Source of the DNA: Candidatus Latescibacterota bacterium
GTDB taxonomy: Bacteria; Latescibacterota; UBA2968; GCA-2709665
Assembly (NCBI GenBank): GCA_965222075.1
Contig: OZ244937.1
Coordinates: 1,600,001-1,664,000 of the forward strand
Reading direction: 5' to 3'
DNA: 64,000 nucleotides
The translations under genes and the position numbers were made by a program. This document shows positions 28,948 through 39,735 of the stretch, in pieces. How positions within the stretch are numbered: position 1 is the stretch's first letter; every line of letters begins with the position of its first letter. Below the pieces are notes generated by a model. That model was not told where the DNA came from, ran no database searches, and saw nothing but the letters and a program-made list of their open reading frames with translations.

Positions 28948-29074
28948 CTTACTCCGGCTGCGGTGGCTGGTCGGCGTATGCCGTTTCTGGCCTCCGCCGA
29001 GGATTCATTTGCCATTCTGGGCATTTGCTTGACATAATCGGGCTGTATTCCCAGGCAGAAAGGGTCGTTGAAGA

Positions 29075-29107
29075 CCTGTCTGCAGTGCGGGGCACCGCAC
29101 AGGCAGG
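29075..29107. repeat. 33-bp hairpin insertion element
   Basis: CCTGTCTGCAGTGCGGGGCACCGCACAGGCAGG at GA^TC. Confidence 0.8.
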
Positions 29108-29266
29108 TCTGATAAAGGGGGGTATAGACCGCTTCGGGCCAGATAGCTTCAATAGGCGCTGGAGTTACCCCTTCTGCTATACCCCTAACTTTAATGATTG
29201 TTTTTCCTGAAACTCACTTGCAACGCTCACCCAGTTGCGCAGAAAATGACTGCTTCCTCCAGCGCA

Positions 29267-29749
29267 TTAGAGACGAAAAACACGGCGCCGAGCCAGGAAA
29301 CCGTCCAGTGAGAACGGGACGCGGCGAACCAGAACGAGAACGGTGGCGCCGGCCATCAGGAAGAGGTCCCGGACCAGGGCCGCGTGGAGCGAGCCGCCGG
29401 TCCCGTCCAGGGCAAAGCACCCGCAGGACAGGTCGGCGCCCCGGATGATGTTGACCCCCAGCGCCACGCCAAAAGCAAGGAAAAGCAGCAGCGACGTGAG
29501 GGCGCTGCTGCGGGTCCAAAACCCCAGGACAAGACAAAGCCCCGCTGCGACTTCGACCCAGGGGACAACAATCGCAAAGGGATTGACCAGCGGGACGGGA
29601 AGGACTTCATAGGCCCGCACGGTCTGGGCGAACAGTGCGGATTCGGGGATCTTTGCCAACCCGGCCCAGAGAAGCGTAGCGCCCAGAACCAGACGGAGCA
29701 GCGCAAAGATCTCAGACGGTATGGGCCTGTCTGCGGAAGTGAGATTCAC
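29267..29749 (-). CDS. DoxX/MauE family membrane protein
   Basis: RLVLG..LLWAGLAKI, PWVE, CGCF, RD motifs; GTGA start/stop overlap with the upstream gene. Confidence 0.85.
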   Translation of the reverse strand: MNLTSADRPIPSEIFALLRLVLGATLLWAGLAKIPESALFAQTVRAYEVLPVPLVNPFAIVVPWVEVAAGLCLVLGFWTRSSALTSLLLFLAFGVALGVNIIRGADLSCGCFALDGTGGSLHAALVRDLFLMAGATVLVLVRRVPFSLDGFLARRRVFRL

Positions 29750-30273
29750 GGGGCAACTCCCTTTGTGATGGGGTAGTTCGCCCAGAACCAGGCGTGCCAG
29801 CCCCCGTAAAACGCCTTCGTCCGGGTATACCCGAACCCGTCGAGCGCCCTGGCCAGAGCAAGGCTGCTCTGGCAGCTTATGCCCCCGCAGTAAGCGATAA
29901 TCCGTGTCGTCCTGGGCAGATCCCCCAGCACCCTCTGCACACTCGCTTTGTCTGCGGACAGCGGAATATTCAAAGCCCCGGGAATATGCCCGGCAGCATA
30001 GGTTCTGGGATGACGGGCGTCCACAAACACCGCGTCTTTGCGGTCGAATGCCCGTTTTGCCTCGTCCAGGGTAACGCGCAGGCCCTCCACGTGCAGGTTC
30101 CAGTCGACCTTGTCCGACGGCGGGATGTTCAGAGGCGTTCGAAGCGGAATGCCGGCATCCGAAAAGACATTGTAGGCAAACCCTGCTCCGGAGCCGATCA
30201 GGAGGACGGCGACGGCCTTTAAAATCAGGCGGCCCACGCCTGTATCCACTCTTTCCGGTCTGTCTGTCTCCAT
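29746..30273 (-). CDS. Rhodanese-like domain protein
   Basis: VDAR....YAAGHIPGALNIP, YCGG..C, GGWHAW. Confidence 0.9.
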   Translation of the reverse strand: METDRPERVDTGVGRLILKAVAVLLIGSGAGFAYNVFSDAGIPLRTPLNIPPSDKVDWNLHVEGLRVTLDEAKRAFDRKDAVFVDARHPRTYAAGHIPGALNIPLSADKASVQRVLGDLPRTTRIIAYCGGISCQSSLALARALDGFGYTRTKAFYGGWHAWFWANYPITKGVAP

Positions 30274-30459
30274 CTCTCTTCATCACCTCCCTAACAGAAA
30301 AAGGCTTTTTATGGTATCAAGTAAGTATAATATGAATCATCAGGTCTGTCAAGAACCAGGGACATCCGGCGCGTGGAGCAGGAGATCGTGAGTGGCCTCT
30401 CCGGAGAATGCTTTTAGGGCTTCAACCACTTCTTGAGAAACTCCTATTGTGTGTTAGGA

Positions 30460-32844
30460 CTACCGGGGTTTTGGCCACCTGAGGTGCCGGTGGAGGAAAT
30501 CAAACGTACCGACGCCGTGGATGGTGTGGGGGCCGTCGAAGAATTCGATCTCGGTCCGGTCCCCGATGCCCAGGAGAACGTAGCGCCTGCGCGTTCGGGC
30601 ATACTCGTAAGAGACCCACTCATCGGAACCGACACCGTCGTGGTGGCCCCGTTCCACCATGAATGGACGGGGAAGAATAAGCCAGCTCATCTCCGCGTGG
30701 TTGAAGGTATTGCCCAGGTTAAATTCGGGCATCTCGTATTCGCCCGTAATCAGGTAGGTATAACGGTGTTTTGCGGAGACAGTTTTCCAGATCCACTCGT
30801 TGTAATCTGCCGAGCAGATGGAAAGGCAGTAGCGCTCCAGGAGGGCCGGAACGCGCATCGCGGTCTTGCCCCCGTAGCTGAGACCGTAAAAGGCCATGCG
30901 GTCGGGGTCCACAAAGGGAAGCGTTGCGAGCCATTCAAGCGTCTGCTCGTGCTGGCGGACAATAAAGGAAAAGAGGGCCTGTTTGAGGGGATTGGCCTTG
31001 CGCTGAAGCACACGAAAGGCATCGCCCCCGATGTAGGGATTCTGCGGGGCGTAGGTCACAAAACCCCGCTCGGCCAGCCTCGAGGCGAACCGATGATAAT
31101 AGGGACTATCCACTTCCGGATCCGCCACCTCTTGGGGACGCCCCTCCAGCCCGTGCTGGCAGACAACCACAGGACGGCGCTCCCCCTCCTCGATTCCCTC
31201 CGGAACAAGGAGGATGCCATACGCAAAGACATCGGGATAGACGTCCAGCACGACCTCGTAACCCTTAAAACCGGGCGTTTCGTAAACAAGCCGGGTGCGA
31301 GGGTTGGCCGGTAAAGAGGGAGGTGGCAGAGGACCGATGATCTCGTTCCAGAACCGCTCCTGATACGAACGGCTGGTTTGCACCCACGCCTCCAGACTCG
31401 AATCATCGGCCTCCGACCAGTACTCGGCACGACGAAATTCCGCCTCCCGCATGCAATACTGAGTATGTCCCAGAAGCTGGTCAAATTGCCGCTTGAGACG
31501 CACCACCGGATCCACCCCCGCTCGAACCCGTCTTGGCAAACCTCCCGAAGAACGCAGATCCCCCTTCCCAACAAGCGCCTGCAAAAAGGCGGCAAGGGCC
31601 GCATTGCTCCCGGGTGCTCCCCCACCCTCCCCGCTTTTGACCAGCGTAAACGGAACCGACGGCTGAAGCTCGCCGGTGAGCTTCAACGCGCGCTCCCATT
31701 CGGCTTCAACCGCTCCTGGCGACGGGGTACTCAACCGGCCGGGGGCGCCACCCGCTCTCTCCTCCGACGGAGGCCGCGGGCCTGTGACCTCGGGATGCCG
31801 GGAAGCCTCCACAACCAGGGCACGGGGCGCAACCAGACCGGCAAGTTCAGCATCCCCAAACTCCCGCAGCAGCCCGAAAAGATTCCGGTAAATCGGCTCC
31901 CGCCAGAGACCCTCCCTCGGCTGAAAATATCCCGACACACCGGCCGCCTGAATCCGCGTATCCACAGCAGCCGCATAAAAGGCGATCAGTCCCCCCTCTC
32001 CATACCCAAACACCCCGACCGGATGCGCATCCGACGAAAACGCATCCACGCCAGCCAGAACCTTCTGCACCTCATACCCGATAATGTGCCGACCCATCTG
32101 GTAGGCGGGACTGTAAATGAACTCCCTGTGAGGCTGGTTGGTCATGCGCAAACCGGGGATACCTGAATACGTATCCTGACGGTCGATCAACAAAGGCACA
32201 AGCACGCGGCAGCCGTTCTCGGCCAGACGGCGCGCAAATTGCGCCTCCACCGATACGCCCGGCGCCAGACCCACCAACATCTCCGGCGTCACGTCGCAGT
32301 CGGGAAGCGCAATCACACTGGCCACCGGCTTCTCTTCCGGCAAAAGAAGCAGACCCTCCCCATCCACACCTTTCAGAACGTTCCAGCGAACTTCCAGAAT
32401 CCGATACCCGGCGCCTGTTCCCACTTCAGGACCGGCAGCGGCTGTGAGCTGAAGCTCAACCGCTTCTCGGGAATCCATCAGGCCAATGATCTCCCGAAGG
32501 CGCTGCCGATTGGGCTCCACCGATGCCGCATAACGCTCGTGAGATGTAAAATCAGGAGACCAGTATTCCTCACGCCGGCCAGCAATGGCTTCAAGCTCGC
32601 GCATCAAAAAACGGTCGATGCCGGCAACCATCTCCGCAGCGAGGTCGCCCTCTACGGTCAGCGGTTCGGTAGCCGGAAACATCACGATCTCTCGACCTGT
32701 TTCGGCATCCACAGGATCTCCTCTCTTCTGCGCAAAAGCGGCCAGCACCGTCGTGCCTATTACCAGACCTGCTCCAACACTCCGGATCACACGCGATCTC
32801 ACAGGTTCGGCTCCCTTGTTTTCAAATATCCCAGGGCGGTTCAA
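30460..32844 (-). CDS. Tandem alpha/beta hydrolase (dienelactone hydrolase/acetylxylan esterase-like)
   Basis: GYGEGG and YGLSYGG elbows; VVCQHGLEG. Confidence 0.75.
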   Translation of the reverse strand: MNRPGIFENKGAEPVRSRVIRSVGAGLVIGTTVLAAFAQKRGDPVDAETGREIVMFPATEPLTVEGDLAAEMVAGIDRFLMRELEAIAGRREEYWSPDFTSHERYAASVEPNRQRLREIIGLMDSREAVELQLTAAAGPEVGTGAGYRILEVRWNVLKGVDGEGLLLLPEEKPVASVIALPDCDVTPEMLVGLAPGVSVEAQFARRLAENGCRVLVPLLIDRQDTYSGIPGLRMTNQPHREFIYSPAYQMGRHIIGYEVQKVLAGVDAFSSDAHPVGVFGYGEGGLIAFYAAAVDTRIQAAGVSGYFQPREGLWREPIYRNLFGLLREFGDAELAGLVAPRALVVEASRHPEVTGPRPPSEERAGGAPGRLSTPSPGAVEAEWERALKLTGELQPSVPFTLVKSGEGGGAPGSNAALAAFLQALVGKGDLRSSGGLPRRVRAGVDPVVRLKRQFDQLLGHTQYCMREAEFRRAEYWSEADDSSLEAWVQTSRSYQERFWNEIIGPLPPPSLPANPRTRLVYETPGFKGYEVVLDVYPDVFAYGILLVPEGIEEGERRPVVVCQHGLEGRPQEVADPEVDSPYYHRFASRLAERGFVTYAPQNPYIGGDAFRVLQRKANPLKQALFSFIVRQHEQTLEWLATLPFVDPDRMAFYGLSYGGKTAMRVPALLERYCLSICSADYNEWIWKTVSAKHRYTYLITGEYEMPEFNLGNTFNHAEMSWLILPRPFMVERGHHDGVGSDEWVSYEYARTRRRYVLLGIGDRTEIEFFDGPHTIHGVGTFDFLHRHLRWPKPR

Positions 32845-34969
32845 TCCACGGGTGAATGCTGTGCCCCGCTCCTGGAAACAGAAACAGATCCACCAGGAAC
32901 GCCCCGGCTATCCCCAGCACGTGCCCCACCAGCACCCCCAGGAAAAACGGCCGTGCCCGTTGATACAACGTGATACCGCCCACCCGCAGGATGAGCGACT
33001 TGCAGGCCCACCCCAGAAAGATGGTCAGCGAAAAATTCCTGACCAGGTCGGTCCCCAGAATCGTGAACCCCACCGGATGGAGCGGCCACCACGTGAACCG
33101 GTAGCGCAGGAAAATCAGGATGCCCATCACCACCGCCCCGATCCCGAAAAACATGATCCGGTTCCAGTCGGTATCAAACGGGTTTTTGATCTTGCTGACC
33201 GTATCCCGTAAAATGAGGTCGCCAGAGCCATAAAACGAACGCCCGAAATTCTCCGCACCCTGAGTATACCCCACGTGGAAGTTCCAGACGGTCAACACAC
33301 ACGTCGTCACCAGGTACGAGAGGCACACGGCCGCAAAGAGCCGCCTCCCCTGCTCCCGGACCGGCACCCTGGCAATATGCGCCATCCCCGGCACCGCGCC
33401 CAAACCAATACGATAGGAAAACGCCAGGGAGACCAGACTCGAAGGCGATACCGCCCTGGTCCCCACGAGATACACGGAAAAACTCTGAGCCGTCATCGGC
33501 CCCTGTACATAGAGCAACCCCGACTCGGCGATGATGCGGGCTATACCGATATAGAGAATGAACACCATCCCCACCAGCGGAACGGCCATCTTGTAATCCA
33601 TTCCCAACCGGTGAAGCCATAAGATCGCAAACACTGCCCCCAGCAAAATCCCCACGACCGCCGTCCGGTAAGACAGCAGCTCGCGCGAATCGTCCACCGG
33701 ATAGTCCGACCGCCACGCCTTCAACAGCACATTCTTCAGATGCCCCCTGGCCATCCACAGCCCGAACAGCACGAACACGCAAAACGCACCCATCCCCTGC
33801 CAACTCGATGCCGCATCGTAAGACCCGGCGCGGTCCCCCCTGCTGCCAATGCTGTAGCCAAGCCGGTTGAACGTTCCGAACTCCGCCACAAATACCGCGA
33901 AAAAAAACCAGACGCTAAACAGAATATCCAGATTGGCAAAGTAGGAAAATGCGAAGGTGAAGGGATCCACATAGCTGAACATCCGCGGCATATCCCGACC
34001 GAAAAACGCATAGATCCGCCCGCGCACGGGCAATTCGGGAAAAACCGGAGAAATCCAGGGCAGTGCATTCCAGAAGATAAACACAAACGCAATGCTGGCG
34101 CCAAACCAGAAGAGCCTCCCGCGGGCGAACGCCGGCCACCGCCGCTCGGAATCCGACCCCTCGGCCATCTCCAGCACGGGTTCCAGCACGGGATACCGCA
34201 GCCGCTCGTTCTCCGCCCACTGCTTCCGCAGCACCACCGCAATCGAGGCTCCGGCAAAGGCCAGCACCATAAACAGCAGCATCCACCAGAACATCGGAAC
34301 CACCCACGCTCTCCACGGGATATCTCCCCCTTCAGGCACCCCTTTGAACAGCAGCGTCACCGCACCGTCAACATCTAAGGGCGCGATCCAGGACGGTATG
34401 TAAGGGTGCAGCAGCTTTTCCCATTGATTCTCGGGACTGGCAAAATAGTAGAGATTGGAAATGATGGAGAGGCTGATCGGTCCCCCTCCCACCAGACCCA
34501 TTGCAAAAATCGTCATCACTTCCTGGAGGCTCAACCCGGCAGAACGACGCCTCCACTTGAGGATCGGATTCACAAGGCACAGGACAATCATCAGGGCCAC
34601 GAGCAGGGCCGGAGAGATGAAACCGGCACTCACGCCGGAAGAGTGGACCACCCGGGCCGAATAGATGGCCCAGCTCCGGATAAACAGAGTCAGGATCAGC
34701 CCGATGACGACCGCCCGGGCCGTCACGCCTCGCCTCTTTATTCCAGGCGCCTCTGCTTCCGGATGCGAAGCTGGTTGGACTTGCTGCACATTTTTTCTCA
34801 GGTAAAACTGCAAACTCATCAAACCAGAACTGATCTCCCTCAGTGGCGTTCCGGTGTGTGTAAGAACGGAACCGACACAGGTATTTGACGCCCTTGAGAT
34901 GCTGACGTATCGTGCGCGCATCCAGAATAATCTCGTGCCAGTCTCCATCGTCCACAAGCGTATAGGCAC
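32822..34969 (-). CDS. DUF6785/DUF6784-like polytopic membrane protein (true start probably near 34790-34819)
   Basis: RKQWAENERLRYP, WWPLHPVGF, RPFFLG; many TM helices. Confidence 0.75.
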   Translation of the reverse strand: MPIRLWTMETGTRLFWMRARYVSISRASNTCVGSVLTHTGTPLREISSGLMSLQFYLRKNVQQVQPASHPEAEAPGIKRRGVTARAVVIGLILTLFIRSWAIYSARVVHSSGVSAGFISPALLVALMIVLCLVNPILKWRRRSAGLSLQEVMTIFAMGLVGGGPISLSIISNLYYFASPENQWEKLLHPYIPSWIAPLDVDGAVTLLFKGVPEGGDIPWRAWVVPMFWWMLLFMVLAFAGASIAVVLRKQWAENERLRYPVLEPVLEMAEGSDSERRWPAFARGRLFWFGASIAFVFIFWNALPWISPVFPELPVRGRIYAFFGRDMPRMFSYVDPFTFAFSYFANLDILFSVWFFFAVFVAEFGTFNRLGYSIGSRGDRAGSYDAASSWQGMGAFCVFVLFGLWMARGHLKNVLLKAWRSDYPVDDSRELLSYRTAVVGILLGAVFAILWLHRLGMDYKMAVPLVGMVFILYIGIARIIAESGLLYVQGPMTAQSFSVYLVGTRAVSPSSLVSLAFSYRIGLGAVPGMAHIARVPVREQGRRLFAAVCLSYLVTTCVLTVWNFHVGYTQGAENFGRSFYGSGDLILRDTVSKIKNPFDTDWNRIMFFGIGAVVMGILIFLRYRFTWWPLHPVGFTILGTDLVRNFSLTIFLGWACKSLILRVGGITLYQRARPFFLGVLVGHVLGIAGAFLVDLFLFPGAGHSIHPWIEPPWDI

Positions 34970-34975
34970 CAGGAC

Positions 34976-37900
34976 CTATATCCCTATCTTCTCCTCTTTC
35001 AGTTCCAGAAGTTCCCTGCCCTGCCCGGTATAATCCGCCCTCGTCTCCGGAGGCATCGTCTTCCAGACCAGAAACAACTTCCGAATATCGTTCAAAAACC
35101 CCCGGTTCACACGCTGCCAGGAAGTCACATCCCCACTCAACCGGTGGATCTCAACATCGATCCCGTAAATGTCGTGCTCCCCCGTCGGAATCGCATGCAT
35201 CCGCACATCCTGGCTGATCCCCAAATCGTAAGGCGCCAGCCATACCCGCAGCGCTATTTGATACTCCGCCCCGGCCGACCGCTCCTCCGACCGGAAACGC
35301 ACACCTTCCGTGACAAACTTCCCTATGGACCCCTCCCCGAACGACTCGAACGACTTCTTCAAATAGGTATACATCCCCAATGCCTCTCCACCCCCCATCG
35401 TGAACGGAAAGTCAAACGACCAGTTGTCCCCATCCGGATCGGGGAACGCCCACCGTCTCGTCACGTCGGGCACCGACATCTCCTCTGCCTTCCGGGCAGG
35501 ATAGAGAGCGGACAGGAACACCGTAAGCATCACGATCAGCGTGGAAGAGACCGCAGACAGCGAGGAGTAGTTGAGAGACAACCCCCCCAGCGCACCCTGT
35601 TCATACAGGACCATGGCCAGCGTCTGCCCAATCAAATACCCAAACGCTGCCCCGAGAGTAGCAAAGACAGCCGCCTCGGCCAGGAAAAGCGATGCAATGT
35701 GGCTGGGCGCCAGCCCCACGGCCGAATAGATACCGATCTCCCTGAACCGCTCATACACCGCCCCCATCATCGTGTTCAGCACGATCAACGCCGCAATCAA
35801 CAGCGGAATGAACAGGTTGAACATCCCGGAGATCGACGTGCCCCCAATGGAACTGTAGACTGTAACCCGGTCTCCAATGCCCACAAACATCGTCAACGAC
35901 ACCCGCGCCATAAAGCCCTCGATCTCCGATCGGATGTCCGATATCGGGTTGCCCCCGGCATCCCGGAAATCGGTTATCGCAATCGACCGGAGCATCCCCC
36001 CGGTCTCCATCACAAACGCGTAAGGAAGAACGATCGTATTGCTTGCATCCAGGTGGACAAACGCCTCGATAGGTGAGGCGGCCACCACTCTGGGGTCCTC
36101 GCTTAGATACCGCCGGTCGCTGGTGCTCCTGGTCTCCATCGTGGTATCGATCGGGGTCAGTTTCTCGTCGTCCATGTCCTCCGTCCAGTCGAAGGCCTTC
36201 GAGTCCAGGATGCCGACCACCGTGAAATCGACTCCCAGCATGCGCACCCGGGCCCGCCCTGCATCCACGTCCACTGGAGAGATCCCGACCAGATCGGCCA
36301 TCTCGTCGGGCAGAATCATCACATGTTGTTCTCCTTCCCGGAACCACCTGCCCGCCGTCAGCAGCCGGTCGATACCCATCACATCCACCTCCTGAGGGGT
36401 CATACCCAGCAGACCGTTGGCAAAACTCCGTCTCTCCGTCCCGAGAACCTCAAAGTCTACATAAGCCAGTTCTCCCCGCTGCTCAGCAATATAGAACGCA
36501 CGAGGCGCCACAAGAGCAATGCTGCTGAAGTGACTGTCAACATAGTCCAGCACGGAGGTCTGCATCCCTCCCCAGTTTCGGTTGCGGATCATTCCGCCCT
36601 GGTACGGCGGCCTGTTGTCCCGCGGTAGCTTGTAAAAACGCAGATAGGTCTGAATAGACGTGAACGAAAGCACTGTAAAGGTCAAAAGCGTCAGCGTCAC
36701 CGCCGTCAACCCCGTCCGCAGCGGACGCTTCCTCAAATTGGAAATCCCCAGCGTAAACGCCACAAGCGTGGCGGACATCCTCCCCACATCCTCCTGATAC
36801 ACACCCGCGGCGGCGCGCTTCATCTTCCGCATCTCTTCTGCAAACTTGGACACCACAATGGCAATCGCCACGCCCCCCAGGCACATGATCACAAAGGCCA
36901 GAAAGATGATGTAAGAGGAGTTCGAGAGCTTGAACGCCGGGTGCACCTTGTAAAGCGCCAAAAACATAACAACAAAAATGCCCGTAAACCCCATAACTTT
37001 CTTTTGAATCTCCGCAAACCCGAAAAAGAGGCGCTCACAGAAAAACGAAAACGGCAGCAGCAAAATGAAATAGAAGATAATACCCCGCACCGTGTCGTTG
37101 GCCGTCTCCTTCACCTCCGGATATCCCCGTGCCTCCAGACCCCACGCCTCCCGGGCAGCCGCAATAAACCGATCGTAGACCAGACCCTCCAGGTGACGCT
37201 TCGCCTCCAGCAGAGAAGCCCGTGCCTTCTCGTGCAGCCGCGAAAGCCGCTGGTTGGACACACCGTAACGCGCCAGTTGCTTCATCCGCACGTCGTCCAC
37301 AATCCACATATCCCGCGCCGCACGGTAAGAAGGCAGCGACACGATCTCCCCCTCTGCCGCATAACCCTCTCCCTGCGCCCTCTTCAGTGCCCGGTCGTCA
37401 ACCTCCCCCGCATCCACCGGGTCAACCAGCAACTCCTCCGGCGCATTGATCAGCAAATACTTGATCCCGAATATCCCGCTGCTCATCAAAATCTTGATCC
37501 GCTCCCCGGGCGGAGCAAAGGCCACCGCCGCCTGCGTGACCTTCCCCTCCTTCGTACCCTGGTTGGCAACGTATCGAAACCCATACTCCTGAGGTTCGCT
37601 GTTGTCCCTCCCCAGCACCTTCATATAATCCAGGGCCGACAGGTAGCTGGAATCTACGATTTCAAAAAGACTCAGGGCCCGGCACTTAAACAGGATGTTC
37701 ATCATCTCATTCTCCCACCATCCGAACCCCTGCACCAGGGGGAAATTCCCGCTCTTCCCGTCCGGCCCTGCCCCCTCTCTGCCGAAGTCGGGAGCCGACA
37801 CAATCTGGCCCTCTTCGCCGACCTCGTAGGCCAGAATCTCGTTAGACCACCGGTTTCTCATAATGTCGAATGCAAAACGTCCCGTCTGCTCAACGACCTC

Positions 37901-39730
37901 CCGGGGACCGTAAAGCGGCCCCCGAGACGCCGGCCCCTCGTAAATAGGCCCCTCCGTGGCCCGGGTCACCATCAGCGTCCGCACCCCCGCCAGGCTCACC
38001 GGCCCCGGCTGCTTGTACGTCACCAGCGCCCCGGGCACCGGCACCCGCGGAATCGCAAAATCCACATTCCGGTCGAACCAGAGAACCCGCCCGGCGAGGC
38101 GGTGCCCATCGTCTCTCAACTTTAACTGGGTATCCTGAAAAAACGTCGGATCGTTCCCCGCTCGGATCATCAGTGCCGCCACCGTATGCACCTGCTCGGT
38201 CAGCCGGTCGAACGCCATCGCCTCCGGCACGTCCAGAGGCGTATCCGCACGCGCCCTGCCGTCATACAGCGTCGCCAGGGTCATCGCCGTCTGCCCCACA
38301 AACGCCGCCGCTTCGTGGTCGAATCCAAACGGAACCGGCAGAAACGACGTCCAGGGCCGCTTGGCAGGCAGCACCGCCTCCACATAGCGCTCCTCGCCGG
38401 GAAACAGCGCTTTGGCATACTCCTGGAAGATGTCCGAATAAGGTTTGAGCAGATTTTGCCACATCGTCACCTGTCGCCTTGTGGGTTTATAAAACTTCCC
38501 CAGCGCAAATCCCCCAACCTGGCTGCTCTGACTCGACAAATCCAGCCCGATAAACAGCCTGAAATCGATCCGATCAACCCCCGACATCCGCTCCCGAAAA
38601 TACGTGCTCCCACGCGCGTGCCGAAACAAAAAATCATTGATGCCCGACAACCCCTCAAAATGACCCGACGTCGCCAGAAACAGAAACGAACACTTGTGAC
38701 CATAAACCCTCAAGGCCCGGATCACCTCCAGCATCGCCGCAACCCCCGAGGCGCTCTCCGCGCCAAAACCCAACCCCGGCACCACCGACATCGCATCATA
38801 ATACGCCTCCACCACAACAAGCTGATCCCCCCACAACTGACCACCCCGGCCAGGAACCGGCTCGTCCGAACCAGGCAAATACCCGTAAATGTTCCGCGCT
38901 TCCACCGCCTCCCACTCCATCCGCGCACGCAAATAAACCTCCACCTCCCCAGACTCAGCAAGCTCCAAAAGCCGTCCCGCTCCCTCCCTGGAAATCCAAA
39001 ACCGGGGCACGTTCACCGGCACCTCCAGAAACTTCTCCTCCGCCTCCCCGCGCGTCACATTCCCGTCGTCGAAAAACACAATCGCCTTCGCCCCCAGCGC
39101 ACGGACGTTCAGATAGTTCTGCCCGCACCCGAAGTCCATCAACACAACGCTCCCCTCCACAACCTGCCCGTTGAAGTCAGCATACTCCCCCTTCCGACCG
39201 TAAATCAACCGACCTTCTACCCCTCCGGCAGGCAGCGTGGGCATGCGCACACCGTTGGGCCACAAACAGTAAATCGGAACCTCCTCGCCCGTCGCTTCCA
39301 CCCTCAACACACCCCCGCGGTCTATCGGAACGGCCACCTCGAACGCCTCGGTGGTGATCCGCTCCAGCCCCAGCGCCTCGAACTGCGACCGAATGTAGTC
39401 ATAGGCGGCCCTCTCCCCTTCATATCCCACCACCCTGGAGGACCCCCGGCTCAGCGCCTCTACGTGAGACCGCACGCGGGCTTCACCGATGCCATCCACT
39501 ACCTCCCGAATCGCCCGGTCCCTGGCAGACAGGTCCAGATCCGCATCGGCCGCCGACGACGCCACCTGTCTCAGGCCAAACGTGTCCCTTATGGCGTCTG
39601 ATACCTCTTCAGGATCGAATACAGCCATCAGCACAAGAAGACCCAGTGTCAACCCCGTCAGGAAGACCCTTCTGATCCGGTAAAGCCACGATCTTTTCTC
39701 TGACATTTTGGAAAAACCCTGTAGAGTCAA
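34976..39730 (-). CDS. Large membrane protein: PA/M28-like domain plus FtsX/MacB-like permease
   Basis: VEAYYDAMS..GAESASG; NLRKRPLRTGLT; VYERFREIGIYSAVGLAP. Confidence 0.8.
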   Translation of the reverse strand: MTLQGFSKMSEKRSWLYRIRRVFLTGLTLGLLVLMAVFDPEEVSDAIRDTFGLRQVASSAADADLDLSARDRAIREVVDGIGEARVRSHVEALSRGSSRVVGYEGERAAYDYIRSQFEALGLERITTEAFEVAVPIDRGGVLRVEATGEEVPIYCLWPNGVRMPTLPAGGVEGRLIYGRKGEYADFNGQVVEGSVVLMDFGCGQNYLNVRALGAKAIVFFDDGNVTRGEAEEKFLEVPVNVPRFWISREGAGRLLELAESGEVEVYLRARMEWEAVEARNIYGYLPGSDEPVPGRGGQLWGDQLVVVEAYYDAMSVVPGLGFGAESASGVAAMLEVIRALRVYGHKCSFLFLATSGHFEGLSGINDFLFRHARGSTYFRERMSGVDRIDFRLFIGLDLSSQSSQVGGFALGKFYKPTRRQVTMWQNLLKPYSDIFQEYAKALFPGEERYVEAVLPAKRPWTSFLPVPFGFDHEAAAFVGQTAMTLATLYDGRARADTPLDVPEAMAFDRLTEQVHTVAALMIRAGNDPTFFQDTQLKLRDDGHRLAGRVLWFDRNVDFAIPRVPVPGALVTYKQPGPVSLAGVRTLMVTRATEGPIYEGPASRGPLYGPREVVEQTGRFAFDIMRNRWSNEILAYEVGEEGQIVSAPDFGREGAGPDGKSGNFPLVQGFGWWENEMMNILFKCRALSLFEIVDSSYLSALDYMKVLGRDNSEPQEYGFRYVANQGTKEGKVTQAAVAFAPPGERIKILMSSGIFGIKYLLINAPEELLVDPVDAGEVDDRALKRAQGEGYAAEGEIVSLPSYRAARDMWIVDDVRMKQLARYGVSNQRLSRLHEKARASLLEAKRHLEGLVYDRFIAAAREAWGLEARGYPEVKETANDTVRGIIFYFILLLPFSFFCERLFFGFAEIQKKVMGFTGIFVVMFLALYKVHPAFKLSNSSYIIFLAFVIMCLGGVAIAIVVSKFAEEMRKMKRAAAGVYQEDVGRMSATLVAFTLGISNLRKRPLRTGLTAVTLTLLTFTVLSFTSIQTYLRFYKLPRDNRPPYQGGMIRNRNWGGMQTSVLDYVDSHFSSIALVAPRAFYIAEQRGELAYVDFEVLGTERRSFANGLLGMTPQEVDVMGIDRLLTAGRWFREGEQHVMILPDEMADLVGISPVDVDAGRARVRMLGVDFTVVGILDSKAFDWTEDMDDEKLTPIDTTMETRSTSDRRYLSEDPRVVAASPIEAFVHLDASNTIVLPYAFVMETGGMLRSIAITDFRDAGGNPISDIRSEIEGFMARVSLTMFVGIGDRVTVYSSIGGTSISGMFNLFIPLLIAALIVLNTMMGAVYERFREIGIYSAVGLAPSHIASLFLAEAAVFATLGAAFGYLIGQTLAMVLYEQGALGGLSLNYSSLSAVSSTLIVMLTVFLSALYPARKAEEMSVPDVTRRWAFPDPDGDNWSFDFPFTMGGGEALGMYTYLKKSFESFGEGSIGKFVTEGVRFRSEERSAGAEYQIALRVWLAPYDLGISQDVRMHAIPTGEHDIYGIDVEIHRLSGDVTSWQRVNRGFLNDIRKLFLVWKTMPPETRADYTGQGRELLELKEEKIGI

Positions 39731-39735
39731 GCTTC

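Noticed and set aside
29750-30286. N-terminal 179 aa of ORF 29267-30286
   Set aside because: Overlaps the rhodanese gene in another frame; the real start is probably GTG at 29749
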